In this document: one piece after another, positions 14,436-28,018 of the stretch
Layout of the letters: every line of letters begins with the position of its first letter
Position numbering within the stretch: the stretch's first letter is position 1
From: Eledone cirrhosa
Lineage: Eukaryota
Length of the DNA stretch: 64,000 nucleotides
Reading direction: 5' to 3'
NCBI GenBank assembly: GCA_964016885.1
Contig: OZ024741.1
Span: 90,582,001-90,646,000 of the forward strand
Position numbers and translations under genes: made by a program
Notes under the pieces: model-generated
What the model was told of the DNA's origin: nothing
Database searches by the model: none
What the model saw: only the letters and a program-made list of their open reading frames with translations

Positions 14436-15475
14436 ATAAAAGATACAGAAGCGAAAACCAACCAAACAGTGAGTGTGTTCTGTTATTAATTCTTGCTATA
14501 TTATTACAACCATATGACCCTCTCCAAGTATAACAATATTAGTTTCGACACACGATTTCATATCAAAAACCTCGCAAGACAAATTCAACGCCGTCATGGC
14601 ATTAGCTTGTACCAAGCTGAAAGGTTATTGAAAGACACTGTTTTCTGTTATATAAAAACAACAATAATAACAGAACAAATTCACTTCCTTCAAAATATAC
14701 ACAACAAACATATCAACACAAGTAAATAATTTATTATTAAACAAAACACAAGCTGAACGACTAAAACACCTGTTAACAGTCAATATGAAAAGAATAACAT
14801 ATACAAAAGTTAACGAACTTTACAAACAGAAACGCGTTAACGTTAAGAAAGTTCAAAATCTCACCACACCAAACGAGATAGATGAACTCATGGGCATCAT
14901 TCGACGTGAAACAAAATATGCTCAAAACCAATGCAATAGACATTTCAATAAGAAATTAGGATGGATGAAGAAGAAAAAACAAGAAGAAAGGAAAATAAAA
15001 AATTTACAAAAATACCCAGATAATATCCATATGACAGACGTAGCATTACTGGCAGAATTTACCAAAGACCATACAATAAATATTTATGGGAACACTTTAA
15101 TCAGTGAACAAGAACAACAGGCTCTACCGCTCCCACCGAAATTTGTTATCTACAAAAAGATAAATCCAATCGAGTGTAAAACGGAGCTGGAAAAGTGTTT
15201 CACAAAAATACGTTGGAATGCAAAAATAAACAACAACTATACGGACAACAACTATACGAAATAACAGCTATAATAGTAATAGTCATAACAATAACAATAG
15301 CAGGAGAGAGAGAAATAGTAGTAATAATAATGGTAGTAATATTAACGATAGACAGAACAACAACAACCACAATAATAATAATGGAAACATTAATGACAGA
15401 CACGACAACAACAACAACCACAGTAGTAATAATGGAAACAATACGAGTAGCAACAACAACAATTACAGTAGTAAT

Positions 15476-15665
15476 AATTGTTTCTACGTTAGGCACAAGG
15501 CCAGCAATTACCCAGTGTATTACTGGTACTTTATTTTATCGACCCCGTAAGGATGAAAGGCAAAGTTAACCTCGGCGGGATTTGAACTCAAAATAGCAAG
15601 GGCCGTAACTCTATGCGTCAAAGCATGGCGTCCGACCCTCTACCAATACTGCCAATCCACCGCAT
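15476..15665 (-). mobile_element. Young SINE family 1 copy inserted in the PLE-A low-complexity region
   Basis: Reverse complement of the family consensus. Confidence 0.85.
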
Positions 15666-17934
15666 GAGTAGCAACATTAATGATAGACACAACAACAACA
15701 AAAACAAGAAACATAATAAAAGTAACAACCACAATGGTAGAAATAACAGTAACAACAACAATAACGGTGGAGGAAACAACAACAATACATCTAACAATCA
15801 TAACAAAAATACATCTAACAATCATAACAAAAATACATCTAACAATCACAGCAACAATACATCTAGCAAATATAACAACAATACATCTAACAATCACAAC
15901 AACAATACATCTAGCAATCATAATAATAATAATGTTAAAGGTAGGAACAACAACAACCATAATAACAATAATAGCAACACACACAACTATGAAGATAGAC
16001 ATAATGACAACCCCTTAGAGAAACTATCCTTCAACCCAGCTGACAAAACTTATAAGATGAGGAAAATTTATCCTACGAGGTTACCTTTTAATAAAGGTTT
16101 TGTATACCACAACAAATAGATGACGAGACAGAAGCACAGTTCACCATAGCTAGAAATAAAATTAGACAAATAGTATACCGATATACTAAGAGACAAAGCA
16201 GACCAGAGGTCCAACAACTTGGAAGAAAACCTGTAGAAGGCCTAGTTAGCCTCAAGCAGCGCACAAGGAGAGGTGAGGTATTATGTCTACCCACGGATAA
16301 GTCTGATAGCATGTCAATAGACAGCATGCCGAACTACATCAAGGCTATTATGCAACCCCACATCACCAACACGAGCGAAATTACACAACAAACACATGAT
16401 GAGGGGAGAAAGAAGATCCTCAACGCTCACATGATGATGCGGACCGACATTCTAAAGCCAAGCAGACGCACTGCCAACAACTTCCAGGCGTCTAACAATG
16501 ACATACCACCCTTGACGATCTGACGACAGGACCACCAACAAGACCTGTATGCGGAGCCAATATAGCTAGCAAGTACAGGATCTCCTACATCAAATCAATG
16601 GTTATACGCCCCATAATGAAGATGTCCCCAGATGTATGTGACAGTACAGAGGACCTCCTCAGCAGAATCAATGAATGTAACAAAAATAAAAACCTATCTA
16701 ACTGCATAATAGGCAGTATGGACGTGGTATCACTATACCCATCCATTAACATTGATTTTGCTGTGGAAAAATGTGTGGAGATGATCAGTGAGAGTGAGGT
16801 GGAGTTCTGCCTCCAAATACCTGATACTCAAAAAATCATCAATGTCCAATAGTGCTAAGTTTAATATTCTGATCGCAGAATTGGTACGAGTGATGAAGAA
16901 CGTGTCCCGCATGTGTGACCCAACAGAAACGGAAAGACACATCCAACACTTCATCAAACCATATGCAGTTCTCTGGCTACAACCAAAGAGACAGAATCAG
17001 AGTATACGAAGGAGCCACGGAGAAGTATAAGACCCTCATAGAACTGGACATGAAAGGAATTTGCCCATTATACAGGAGCAAATCATGGAATAGCTTAGAT
17101 AGGACTAAACATAAGATAGGGAAATCCACCTCATGGTACGAAAACCAGCGATACCAGAGTGTCATGTTCGTCGACGCTACCTCTGGAGGGAAATTAGCTA
17201 ACCAGTGTAGAAAGGCCCTGAGAAAGAGCCACTTAAAGATTAAAGTGGTAGAAAAGCCAGGAACTACCATAAAATCCCTGATCAGCAAAACATACCCTTT
17301 TAAGAAAACCCACTGTAGTAATAGGAAATGTATTATATGTAAAGTAAACCCCCGGATAAATTGTAAAACTAGAAACGTAGTCTATAGCATAAGATGTACA
17401 GAGGGTACTTGCAGAAACATGACAACAACATACATAGGCGAGACAGCTCGTAGCATAGGTGAAAGGATTGACCAACACTGGGGGGAACTAAAAGGACGAA
17501 AAAACGGTTCAGTACTATACGAACACGCCAGACAACAACATGAGGGTAACATAGACAACATAGAAATGACCCAGCAGATAGGCAAATCAGAGAGGCAAGT
17601 GAAATAGAACTTAGAAGGTCAAAGCTAAACAGAAAAAATGAATGGAATAACAACAACACCCAAACAAACAATACTGACTGAAGAGAAATATAAATAAATA
17701 AATAAATAAATAAATAAGTAAATATCTATAAGTCGTTTGGAAGCCTCGACAATAAAAATGGGTAAATCTCCGGGTAACAAGGTCCGGTGGTGGAGAGAGA
17801 GATGTAAGTGGGTGTACGTTGAGATGCGTGGTGTGTATAAGATGTGTGAGATGTGTAGAATGGAGGGAAGAGTAAAAGGATAAAAATAAAAATAACAACA
17901 CAAGAGAGAGTTACCTTGGGAGAGATTTAATAGT

Positions 17935-17969
17935 CCCTATATATTTCGGATTCACATCCATCAACTGGG
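17935..17969 (-). ncRNA. Type I hammerhead-like motif with non-canonical core CAGUUGA (PLE-B pLTR)
   Basis: CC-CAGTTGA-T-GGAT gtga ATCC-GAAA-TATATA-GGG. Confidence 0.55.
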
Positions 17970-19598
17970 TTTTTTTTCCGGGGTGGGGGAAAAGGTTGTC
18001 TGTCGGACAAATCCGGAAGGCGTCTTTCGCTGTTTGCTGATTTGAATATCTGAGGTATTCGGCAGAGCGCGCGTGCGCGTGAAATGGGGTCGGTCGTACA
18101 AAGGTCAGCGGCCGAATGAGGGAGTGGGATGGCGCTAGCTGTCAGTCCATTCTCTGCCTGTTTGTTAGATGTTACTGTGTGTGTGTGTGCGTGTGTTGTT
18201 GTCTCGCTTGAGTGTGTGTGTGTGTTGTTGCCTTGTTCATCTGTATTGGCAGTGTAGTATGTTCGTATGGTGGAATGCTACAATGTGTGTGTGCGTGTGT
18301 GTGTGTGGTTGTCCCGTTTGCGTGTGTGTGTGTGTGCGTGTGTTGTGTGTTGTTGCATCGCTTGTTAACTTAAACCAGCCATTTCATTTCGCTTCTCTCT
18401 AATCGGTTGTTTATTTGCGGTTGCAGGCGTTTGATAAAAAGTGCTTCCTTGATACGTAACGTGCCGACGTTTCTTTCAGTCGCTAGAATTGTGACAACGG
18501 GCCTTCCGTCTTTGTTTCCGCATTTGTCTATGTGTTTCCGGAAAGACGAGGCCCTGGTTTTAGTGTGTTCCTTGATCCGGATGTGCAAAGGTCGAATTGT
18601 GCTACCTATGTAGTATTGGTTGCACCTGTCACATTCTATCTTATACACGACGTATGTGCGTAGGCAACAGTTAGCCAGGCGTATCGGGCAGTCTCTGAGG
18701 GAGCATGCGTCAATAGATTTTTCGGGTTTCCTGGAGAGGCATCTTCGCAGGGAGGGCCCGAGTGGGCCAGGTGGATGTCGAGGCCCTCCCTCCGTATAGC
18801 CTTGCGGATAGCGTTGGTGGTTTTCTCGCCCAGGTGTGGCATTTTAAGGAAGCACTTGCCTTGGGTGTTTCTCTGTCTCTTGCGTCTGGTGTCTCCTATT
18901 CTGTCTGTGATCGAGGTAGGGTACCCGTTCGTCTCCAGCACCTCGAGGAATCGCTTGGTATGAGTGACACCACTCGCGGGATCGCTGCATCTGTTTTTGA
19001 TTCGCGCGATCTCGTTCGTGATGTATCCTCTTTTGGCACTGTTAGGGAGGGCGGATTTGTAGTGAACGAATAGGTCCCTGCAGGCTGCCTTTCTGTAGAA
19101 GTTGCAGTGGATCCCTCCTTGTTCCGTGATGTTGATTCGGAAGTCGAGGAGGGCAAGTGACCCGTCTTCGTTCGGGTGTTCAACACTGAAGTCAATGTTC
19201 TCGCCCGTGTTGTTGAACGTCTCATAGATTCTGTTCGCCGTGTCTTGGTAAGATCTGAGGATGAGGATATCGTCCACGTATCTTGTGAAAAAGGCTACGG
19301 CGTTGGGGTGGCAGGCGTTGAGTGCCTTGCGTTCGAGGTTGTCCATGTAGGAGCTCGCTAGCGAGACAACAACACACGCACACACACACACAGTAACATC
19401 TAACAGACAGGCAGAGAATGGACTGACAGCTAGCGCCATCCCACTCCCTCATTCGGCCGCTGACCTTTGTACGACCGACCCCATTTCACGCGCACGCGCG
19501 CTCTGCCGAATACCTCAGATATTCAAATCAGCAAACAGCGAAAGACGCCTTCCGGATTTGTCCGACAGACAACCTTTTCCCCCACCCCGGAAAAAAAA

Positions 19599-19633
19599 CC
19601 CAGTTGATGGATGTGAATCCGAAATATATAGGG
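19599..19633 (+). ncRNA. Type I hammerhead-like motif with CAGUUGA core (PLE-B inverted pLTR)
   Basis: Identical to 17935-17969 on the opposite strand. Confidence 0.55.
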
Positions 19634-20132
19634 ACTATTAAATCTCTCCCAAGGTAACTCTCTCTTGTGTTGTTATTTTTATTTTTATCCTTTTACTCTT
19701 CCCTCCATTCTACACATCTCACACATCTTATACACACCACGCATCTCAACGTACACCCACTTACATCTCTCTCTCCACCACCGGACCTTGTTACCCGGAG
19801 ATTTACCCATTTGCATTGTCGAGGCTTCCAAACGACTTATAGATATTTACTTATTGTTCCACAATGCTTCAAGCAAACTTCAATACTCTCTTAAATAAAT
19901 AAATATATACACAAGCACAATAACAACAAACACATATAAGCACGCACTAGTAAACTAAGATAGAATACAATAACCAAAACACAGTCACCCAAACGCGAAC
20001 ACACACCAAACACTATACACACACGCAAACGCATGCGCAGAGAAGAAGACAAAAATAAATAAATAAATAAATAAATAAATAGACGGATTAAATAAAGATG
20101 GCGTAAATATACAATACAACAGGAGGAACATA

Positions 20133-20186
20133 ATAGCACCACTGACGATGTTGCAGATGTGCAACGAAAGAACTTTGTTAGACTAT
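20133..20186 (+). ncRNA. Type I hammerhead ribozyme in the PLE-A pLTR
   Basis: CTGACGA-T-GTTGCA gatg TGCAAC-GAAA. Stem II covaries with the copy at 52573. Confidence 0.8.
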
Positions 20187-20806
20187 ATATATATATGTGT
20201 TTATATCTATATTATATCTGTATTTTTGACCGTTGGTCAGTCAATGGTAAACATTGAGGACCGAATGAATTAACTGATATAAAAGATACAGTAGCGAAAA
20301 CCAACCAAACAGTGAGTGTGTTCTGTTATTAATTCTGGCAATATTATTACAACAACATGACCCTCCCCAAGTATAACAATATATATATATATAAATATAT
20401 GTATATTTTTGATACCTGTCTAATCAGCCAGCCATAAAATACATTAACCTATCGTTAAATCTATTTAGAGAACTATGGCAATACTTTTAAAGTTACAATC
20501 AAAATTAAGACAAAGTAAGTATTTAAAAAATAGTTGACACAACATGACAGAATGTTTAATAAGTTCGCTTTACAATCATTAGGCCCAGGTCTCGATAGAA
20601 CTGTGTGGCATATTGAGCATGTATTATTGACCATAGCCTCGGGTCGACTCATGCCTTGTGAGTGAAAATGTTCGAAGTGGAAATGGTTTGAAATCCCCTT
20701 AAATGAACTGTACAAAGTTCCAATTTGTCATATACTATATCCCACCAAATTTCCACGAGAATTTAGTTATGCTGCCCATTTCTGTGGAAATTGTAACCAT
20801 TTACAT

Positions 20807-21115
20807 CAGAGGTTCTCAAACCTTTTGGGCCACCCGCCTCATGACCACATAATATTCTCAGCACCCCCAGCCCTATTTCCAGAGAGACCTGCCTGCACGC
20901 AAATTGTTAATTTATATATGATAAATAATATTATATATACTATGAATAAATAAATATTATATATTTTTTAATTTTATGATATTTATATATAATATGTATG
21001 ATTTGATATTTAATATACTATTATATCATCTCTACCACCGCCCCCTTGGGCCCCACTGCCTCTTGAATCTTCTTAAAGCCCCAGGGGGTGGTAGTGCCCA
21101 CTTTGAGAGCCTCTG
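20807..21115. mobile_element. hAT-type MITE
   Basis: TIRs cagaggttctcaaa / tttgagagcctctg and an 8-bp TSD atttacat / atttagat. Confidence 0.8.
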
Positions 21116-21400
21116 ATTTAGATGTTAATTTCATGAACAGACTGTACTGTTGATCGAACAAGTGAAACACTTATCGAAATCAATGAAGGAATATTCCAAT
21201 AATATACAATATTTGTGACTATCTAAAATTAGAACTCACACAATATGTGTGAAAAGCTGTTAAATCCCGATTAAAATTTTCCAGATTCACCAGAATGAAT
21301 CAATATGTCCATGGAACTTTTCATTTTTATCTCAAGTTTTATCTGGGTTGTCATTATGATATTCGTATGACAGTCATGATCAGATCACATTCATTATTAA

Positions 21401-22210
21401 AAGGCGGGGGGATTGGCAGCACCAGTAGAGGGACGGACGCCATGCTTTGTAGCATAGAGTTACGGTCCTTTACGGTCTGAGTTCAAATCTAGCCGAGGTT
21501 AACTTTGCCTTTCATCCTTACGAGGTCGATACAATAAAGCACCAGTAACGTACTGAGGTCAATTTAATCGACTTTCTCCCTCCTCCAAATTACTGGCCTT
21601 GTGCCTATACTAGAAGGGCGGAGGATTGGCAGTATCGGTAGAGGGTCGGACGCCATGCTTTGACGTATAGAGTTACGGCCCTTGCCATTCTGAGTTCAAA
21701 TCCCGCTGAGGTTAACTTTGCCTTTCATCCTTACGGGGTCGATAAAATAAAGTACCAGTAATACACTGGTTAATTGCTGGCCTTGTGCCAAACGTAGAAA
21801 CAATTATTATGGAAGGATTGGCAGTATCGGTAGAGGGTCGGACACCATGCTTTGCAGCAAAGAGTTACGGCCTTTTATAGTCAGATTACAAAACCCACCG
21901 TGGTTAGATTTGCCTTTCATCCTTACGGGGTCGATAAAATAAAGTACCAGTAATACACTGGGATAATTGCTGGCCTTGTGCCAAAAGTAGAAACAATTAT
22001 TATGGAAACAAGGACGGTGGATTGGCAGCATCAGTAGGAGGCTGGACGCCATGCTTTGTAGCATAGAGTTACGCCCCTTTATGTTCTCAGTTCAAATCCC
22101 GCCGAGGTTAACTTTGTCTTTCATCCTTACGGGGTGGATAAAATAAAGTGCCAGTAATGCACTGGGATAATTGCTGGCCTTGTGCCAAAAGTAGAAACAA
22201 TTATTATGGA
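21401..22210 (+). mobile_element. Four head-to-tail SINE family 1 copies
   Basis: Units of about 195-215 bp start near 21401, 21617, 21810 and 22010. Each has gattggcag...gctggccttgtgcc...tagaa. Confidence 0.9.
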
Positions 22211-22783
22211 CAACATTTATATCCGAGAGAGAGGAGAGAGGGGGAGAAATAGGTATGGAGAGGAGAGGGGGAAAAGGTTATGGAGAGAAAGGGAAAGAGA
22301 GAGACAAAGTTCCAAATGATTTCCAAATGTTGAGATTTTTCAAGCATTGAGCATAATGTTGCAAAATATTAAGTCCAACAATATGACTCACGTATCGTTT
22401 AAAACAAATATGGTCAATCCTTAATTCATTGAAGGATCAGACGTTCAGAAACACGTGAAACTACGTGTAAAGTGTTTCAAAAGAGAAACGTGTCGCCTTT
22501 GATGAATCATGGGTGACGCCCAAGATCCCGGATGTTACATTCGTGAAAATAGTTTATTTTTATAGACGTATTCAAGGATATTTCAACAGGGCGTCAGATG
22601 AGGCATGGAAAACTTTGTCTGGTTTTCATATTCGCCTATGAAACATGTTCCTTACTATTTGATCCACCCATTTTAAGTTGATCAAGATTTAAATGATGTA
22701 ACTCCATTCAGTGTATATATATACAATATATATATATATATATAAATGTATATATGCACATGTATAAATATATGTATACATAC

Positions 22784-22821
<38 letters not shown>

Positions 22822-22945
22822 TTTGGAAGAAACAGGGAGCTGCGTGGTTACTTGATAAAGTGTATTTAAAAATAATAGGAAAGCACAAACGGGGGGCAAT
22901 CCCTTCACCAGTTGTCTGCTGGAGGTCTTGGACATTTCAATGCAT

Positions 22946-23073
<128 letters not shown>

Positions 23074-23400
23074 TGATTTCAGTTCCTCAGAGAAATAACA
23101 ACACTACCAGGAGCTGGATATATCGATGGATTGACGGAGTGAAACACAGTTCAACAACATGTGTATCTATCTTTCCCACACCAATTCGGACTGCCTGAAG
23201 AGGTCACAGCCAATGATGGCTGTCACCGAAATATATATAGCCGTACATCTATAATTTGTAATAAGCGAAGCCAAATTTTACATATTTGACTTAATTATTT
23301 TACATTACTCTGGAGTAAACAAACCAATCTGCGTACTTAGTCGAGTGCTCCAATCTGCATACTGAGGTGTCGGTAAACAACCAACATATACTCAATTTTT
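23074..23400 (+). mobile_element. Short non-coding HHR-bearing insertion (solo pLTR or retrozyme-like) between microsatellites
   Basis: Bounded by (TA)n(GA)n and (TA)n; contains the hammerhead at 23187-23243. Confidence 0.6.
23187..23243 (+). ncRNA. Type I hammerhead ribozyme
   Basis: CTGAAGA-GGTCACAGCCA atga TGGCTGTCACC-GAAA-TATATA. Stem II has 10 of 11 pairs; stem I is cgg(a)ctg/tagccg. Confidence 0.8.
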
Positions 23401-23420
23401 ATATATATATATATATATAT

Positions 23421-24390
23421 TGCCTACGCACATACGTTGTGTATAAGATAGAATGTAACAAGTGCAACCAATACTATATAGGTAGCACAATCCGGCCGTT
23501 GCACATCCGGATCAAGGAACACACTAAAACCAGGGCTTCGTCTTTCCGGAAACACATAGCCAAATGCGGAAACAAAGACGGAAGGCCCATTGTCACAATT
23601 CTAGCGACAGAAAGAAACGTCGGCACGTTACGTATCAAGGAAGCACTTTGGATCAAACGCCTAGGGCCACAATTAAACAACCGAGAGAAGCGAAATGAGG
23701 TGGTTGGTTTAAGTAAACAAACGATGCAGCAACACACACACACAAGCGAGACAGCAACACACGCGCACACACACACACACACACACACAGTAGCATTCCA
23801 CCATACGAACATACTACACTGCCAATACAGTAGAACAAGGCAACAACACACACACACACACACACCCAAGCGAGACAACAACAACACACACACACACACA
23901 GTAACATTCAACAAACAGGCAGAGAATGGACTGACAACTAGCGCCACCCCACTCCCACAATTGAAAGAACTACTTCGGCCGCTGACCTCTGCCTGACCGA
24001 CCTCATTTCACGCGCACGCGCGCTCTGCTGAATACCTCAGATATTCAAAACAACGAACAGCGAAGGACACGTTTCGCACCTTTCCGACAGACAACCTTTC
24101 CCCCACCCCGGAAAAAAACCCCAGTTGATGGATATGAATCCGAAATATATAGGGACAATTAAATCTCTCCCAAGGTAACTCTCTCTCGTGTTGTTATTTT
24201 TATTTTTATTCTTTACGCTCTTTCCTTCATTCCTCTACACGTCTTATACACGCCACGCATCTCAACGTACACCCACTTACATCTCTCTCTCCACCACCGG
24301 AGATTTACCCATTTGCATTGTCGAGGCTTCCAAATGACTTAAAGAAATTTATCTTATTATTCCACAATGCTTCAAGCAAACTTCAATACT
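23421..24390 (+). mobile_element. Second, diverged PLE-B copy (GIY-YIG end plus pLTR)
   Basis: VVYKIECNKCNQYYIGSTIRPLHIRIKEH. The 3' part is homologous to 19360-19891. Confidence 0.9.
24119..24154 (+). ncRNA. Hammerhead-like motif with CAGUUGA core (PLE-B copy 2)
   Basis: CCC-CAGTTGA-T-GGAT atga ATCC-GAAA-TATATA-GGG. Confidence 0.55.
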
Positions 24391-27300
24391 AGACCCGTTT
24401 CTCGCCCTGGGCCGACGACCATCTTCTTGGACGCCGGCCCCAGGGCAATTTAGCACCCTGGACGCGTTCGTCGATGCCAGCCGTAGCGCCGTAAATCGTT
24501 TCGACTTCCACCACCGTTCCAAACGGAATAACATCACACGGGGCGAACTCCTCGCTCTCCGCTCCCTCCATAGCCGAGATGACATCGTCATCAAACCGGC
24601 GGACAAGGTAGACGCCGTGTGGTGTGGGGCGCGGACCTCTACACGGCCGAAGCCCCCAGGCAGCTCCGTAACCCCCTCTTCTGCCGCCCTCTACCCTCCG
24701 ATCCCACACCCCTCTACCAACAACAAGTTTCCTCCACCATCCAACACCTTGTCTGCTCCTCCCTTCTCCCCCACCGCTTCCCACCTCATCGTCCGTCCGC
24801 ACGCCCCGCACCCCCACCTTCTACTTCCTCCGCAAACTCCACAAACCCGACAACCCCGGCCGCCCCATCGTCTCTGCTTGCAACTGCCCCACCGAACTCA
24901 TCTCCGCCTTTCTTGACTCCATCCTCGCCCCTTGTCACCACCCTCCCCTCCCACATCTCCGACACCAACCACGCCCTGCGCCTTTTCGACTCCTTCTCCT
25001 ACCCACCCGCCCACAGCCCTTCCTCTTCACCCTTGACATCAAGTCCCTCTATACCGTCATCCCCCACGCCGACGGCCTACGTGCCCTGAAGCACTACCTC
25101 GACCTTCTCTCCCTCCCATCCTCTCCACCTCCACCCTCCTTCGCCTCGCCGAGCTGGTCCTCACCCTCAACTGTTTCTCCTTCTCGGGTGAGTTTTACCA
25201 ACAGGTCACGGGGGTAGCCATGGGTACAAGAATGGGCCCAAACTATGCCAACATTTTTGTTGGCCATGTTGAGGCCCAAATCTTTGCCCAGTACACCGGC
25301 CCCACGCCCGAACTGTACGGTCGTTACATCGACGACTGTATCGCAGCCACGACTCTCACCCGAGAACAGCTCGACTCTTTTCTCTCTTTCTTCTGCTCCT
25401 TCCACCCCTCCCTCCACTTCACCACCTCTATCTCCACCACCCACGTGCACTTCTTAGACATCTCCGTCGCCTTCGATCCCTCCCACCACCCCCTCGTCAC
25501 CTCCGCCTTCTTCAAACCCACCGACTCCCACTTCTACCTCGACTTCACCTCTTTCCACCCCACACACACTAAACACTCTATTCCCTACTCCCAACTCCTC
25601 AGGATCCGCCGCCTCTGTAGCCGAGATGCTGACTTTGAGTTCCAGGCCCTTTCCCTAGTCAGCCATTTCATCCGCAGAGGTTACCCCCCTCTCTCGTCCA
25701 GACCGCTCTCACCCGCGCCCGTGCTGTCCACCCTCCACCACCCTCACCCCACGCCACCGCACACCCACCGTCCCCCCTTCCCCATCACATACCACCCCTC
25801 CACAATACCCCTCCACCGCACCATCCTCCGCCTCTTCCGACGCCTCAAGTCCGACCCCTCCACTTCCCACATCTTCCCAGCCCCACAACTCCCCTCCTTC
25901 AAACGCGCACGCAATCTCCGCACCCTCCTCGTCCCCAGCTCCCTACCCCCAACCCACGATCTCTTCCCCCCCCCCGGTTCCCTTCCCTGTTCCAGGCCCC
26001 GCTGCAACACCTGTCCCCACATCACCAACACCACCACCTTCCAGGTTCCCAATGGCCACTCTCTCTCTGTCCGGCATGCCTTCCGCTGCACCTCCTCCAA
26101 CCTAGTCTACGGACTTCGCTGCACGTAGTGCAGCGCGACTTACGTCGGACCGACTGGACGTCGCCTGGCGGACAGGTTTACTGAACACCTCCGGGATATT
26201 CGTCTCGGTGGTAGTTCCCCCATCGCCCGCCACTTTGGTGCCCCTGGACATTCCGCACACCACCTCACAGTCTGTGGCCTACTCCAATGCCACGGAACAC
26301 CCGCCACTCTCCTCAGGGTCGAACAACGAACCATCTTCACCCTACAGACCCACACTCCCCATGGCCTGAACTCCCCACCCTTATTCCTTTAGCCTTCGAC
26401 CGCCACCTCCCCCCACACATATCCCCCACTAACACCACTAACACACCCCTCCTTTTCACCGCCCACTCCACAACTAACAATACTAACACCTCCACCCCAC
26501 ACCCGACCACCCTTCCCCAACTAACATACTAACATCCCTCCCTTCTTCTCACCCCCCTCCTTATCACACGCACACACCCACCGGTACATATATTCACGCG
26601 CTCACACTAAACACACACCCTACTACCACCACTAACCCTCACCCCCACACATCCACCCCACCACTCCGCAACTAACATCACTAACACCCCCCGACCCCAA
26701 GCACACGAACACACACACCCACTTACACCACCCACTCTACACGCAACTAACATCACTAACACCCCCAACCCTACGCACACGAACACACACACCCTCTTAC
26801 ACCACCCACTCTACACACCCTACCACCACTGACCCCCACTCACACCCGCATTCAACCCTTTCTACACCTCCAGTATACTAACACCCACTAACACCCCCTT
26901 CACCACACACACACACTCATCCAAACACGCACACACACACCAGTACACTACACTCCCTCTATCGGCCCCCACACCGTTCTCTCCCCGCTCCCCGCTCCAC
27001 CCACACCCTTTCTCACTCACACACACATCCCACTAACACCTCTACTAATACACACACACCCTCTCCTCACTCCAACTTTCACACCTACACATCCTCTCCC
27101 CTGTCCACCGCACCTCCGCACACACTGACACACCGACTTTCTTCACTTACCATTCTACCCTACTGCTGCTATGCCCTTATCTCTGACCACCTCCCCGCAC
27201 ACACAGACACACAACCCTCCTCCTGCCTTGACCCTCTGACCACTTCCTGTTGCGCGCGCACCCCACATCTCCCCTCTTCCGACCAATCTCTTCACGGATT

Positions 27301-28018
27301 ACACATATGTGAACATCGATCCCTAGAATCCACCACATCCCAAGGATATTACTCAGCATTTCACCACATCGTCTACGGAACTACCTTAAGGACTCACTCA
27401 CTGACATACACCCCAAAAAAATTTTTTTCCCCACACGCCACCTACATCCACAACACGCATAAACACCACACACACACGTGCGTACCACCACATTTTTAGA
27501 CATTCAGCCTCCGGAATCCTCTCCCCCCCACCCCTCCATCCGCACACGCACACACACTCCGACCTACACCTCACACACACCTCTTCCTGAACATGCAACC
27601 CCATTCTTCCCCCAACTCTTACTTTCACATACACACACACACACGTACACCTACACACACACCACCTTCAGCCCTCCCCGCTCGGACACCTCGCCTCCCT
27701 CTCCCCACTCCACCCGCCACCACCCCTACACGCCCCACATCCTTCCACCACCTGTTTTACTTCATGTGATTTTTTATTTTTATTTTTATCATGCTTTTAT
27801 ATTTAATTTCATTTGTACCGTTTCCTCTCACCCTCTTTTATCTATATGTCTCTCCACCACTCCCCTACACACCCTTGGAACTCTCTTCCCACACACTTTT
27901 CACCTGAAGAAGGGCTTATGCCCGAAACGTCGTTCCCCACCACCACCCCACTCTCAAGAGCGTGAAACTAATAAACCTTTGTTCGTACTGCCTCTCTGTT
28001 TTGTTCCCGTTCATTTTT

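Larger units (their letters stand above)
17713..19891 (-). mobile_element. Penelope-like element PLE-B, 5'-truncated, with inverted pLTR, inserted in the (TAAA)n of the PLE-A 3' UTR
   Basis: FTRYVDDIL RT motif and YKIECDRCNQYYIGSTIRPLHIRIKEH GIY-YIG. 17713-18200 is the inverted repeat of 19360-19856. The uninterrupted target site is visible at 12720-12780. Confidence 0.9.
14436..20380 (+). mobile_element. Penelope-like element PLE-A, broken ORF, with terminal direct repeat; contains a SINE and PLE-B
   Basis: ORF pieces MTLSKYNN..., an Asn-rich region, PTDKS, DVVSLYPSI, and CxxC/VVY...YIG GIY-YIG. 14436-14540 is repeated at 20279-20380 (pLTR containing the ORF start). Confidence 0.9.

Noticed and set aside
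15195-16119. Hydrophobic or Thr-rich ORFs in several frames
   Set aside because: Alternate frames of the (AAC/AAT)-rich PLE-A N-terminal region plus a SINE.
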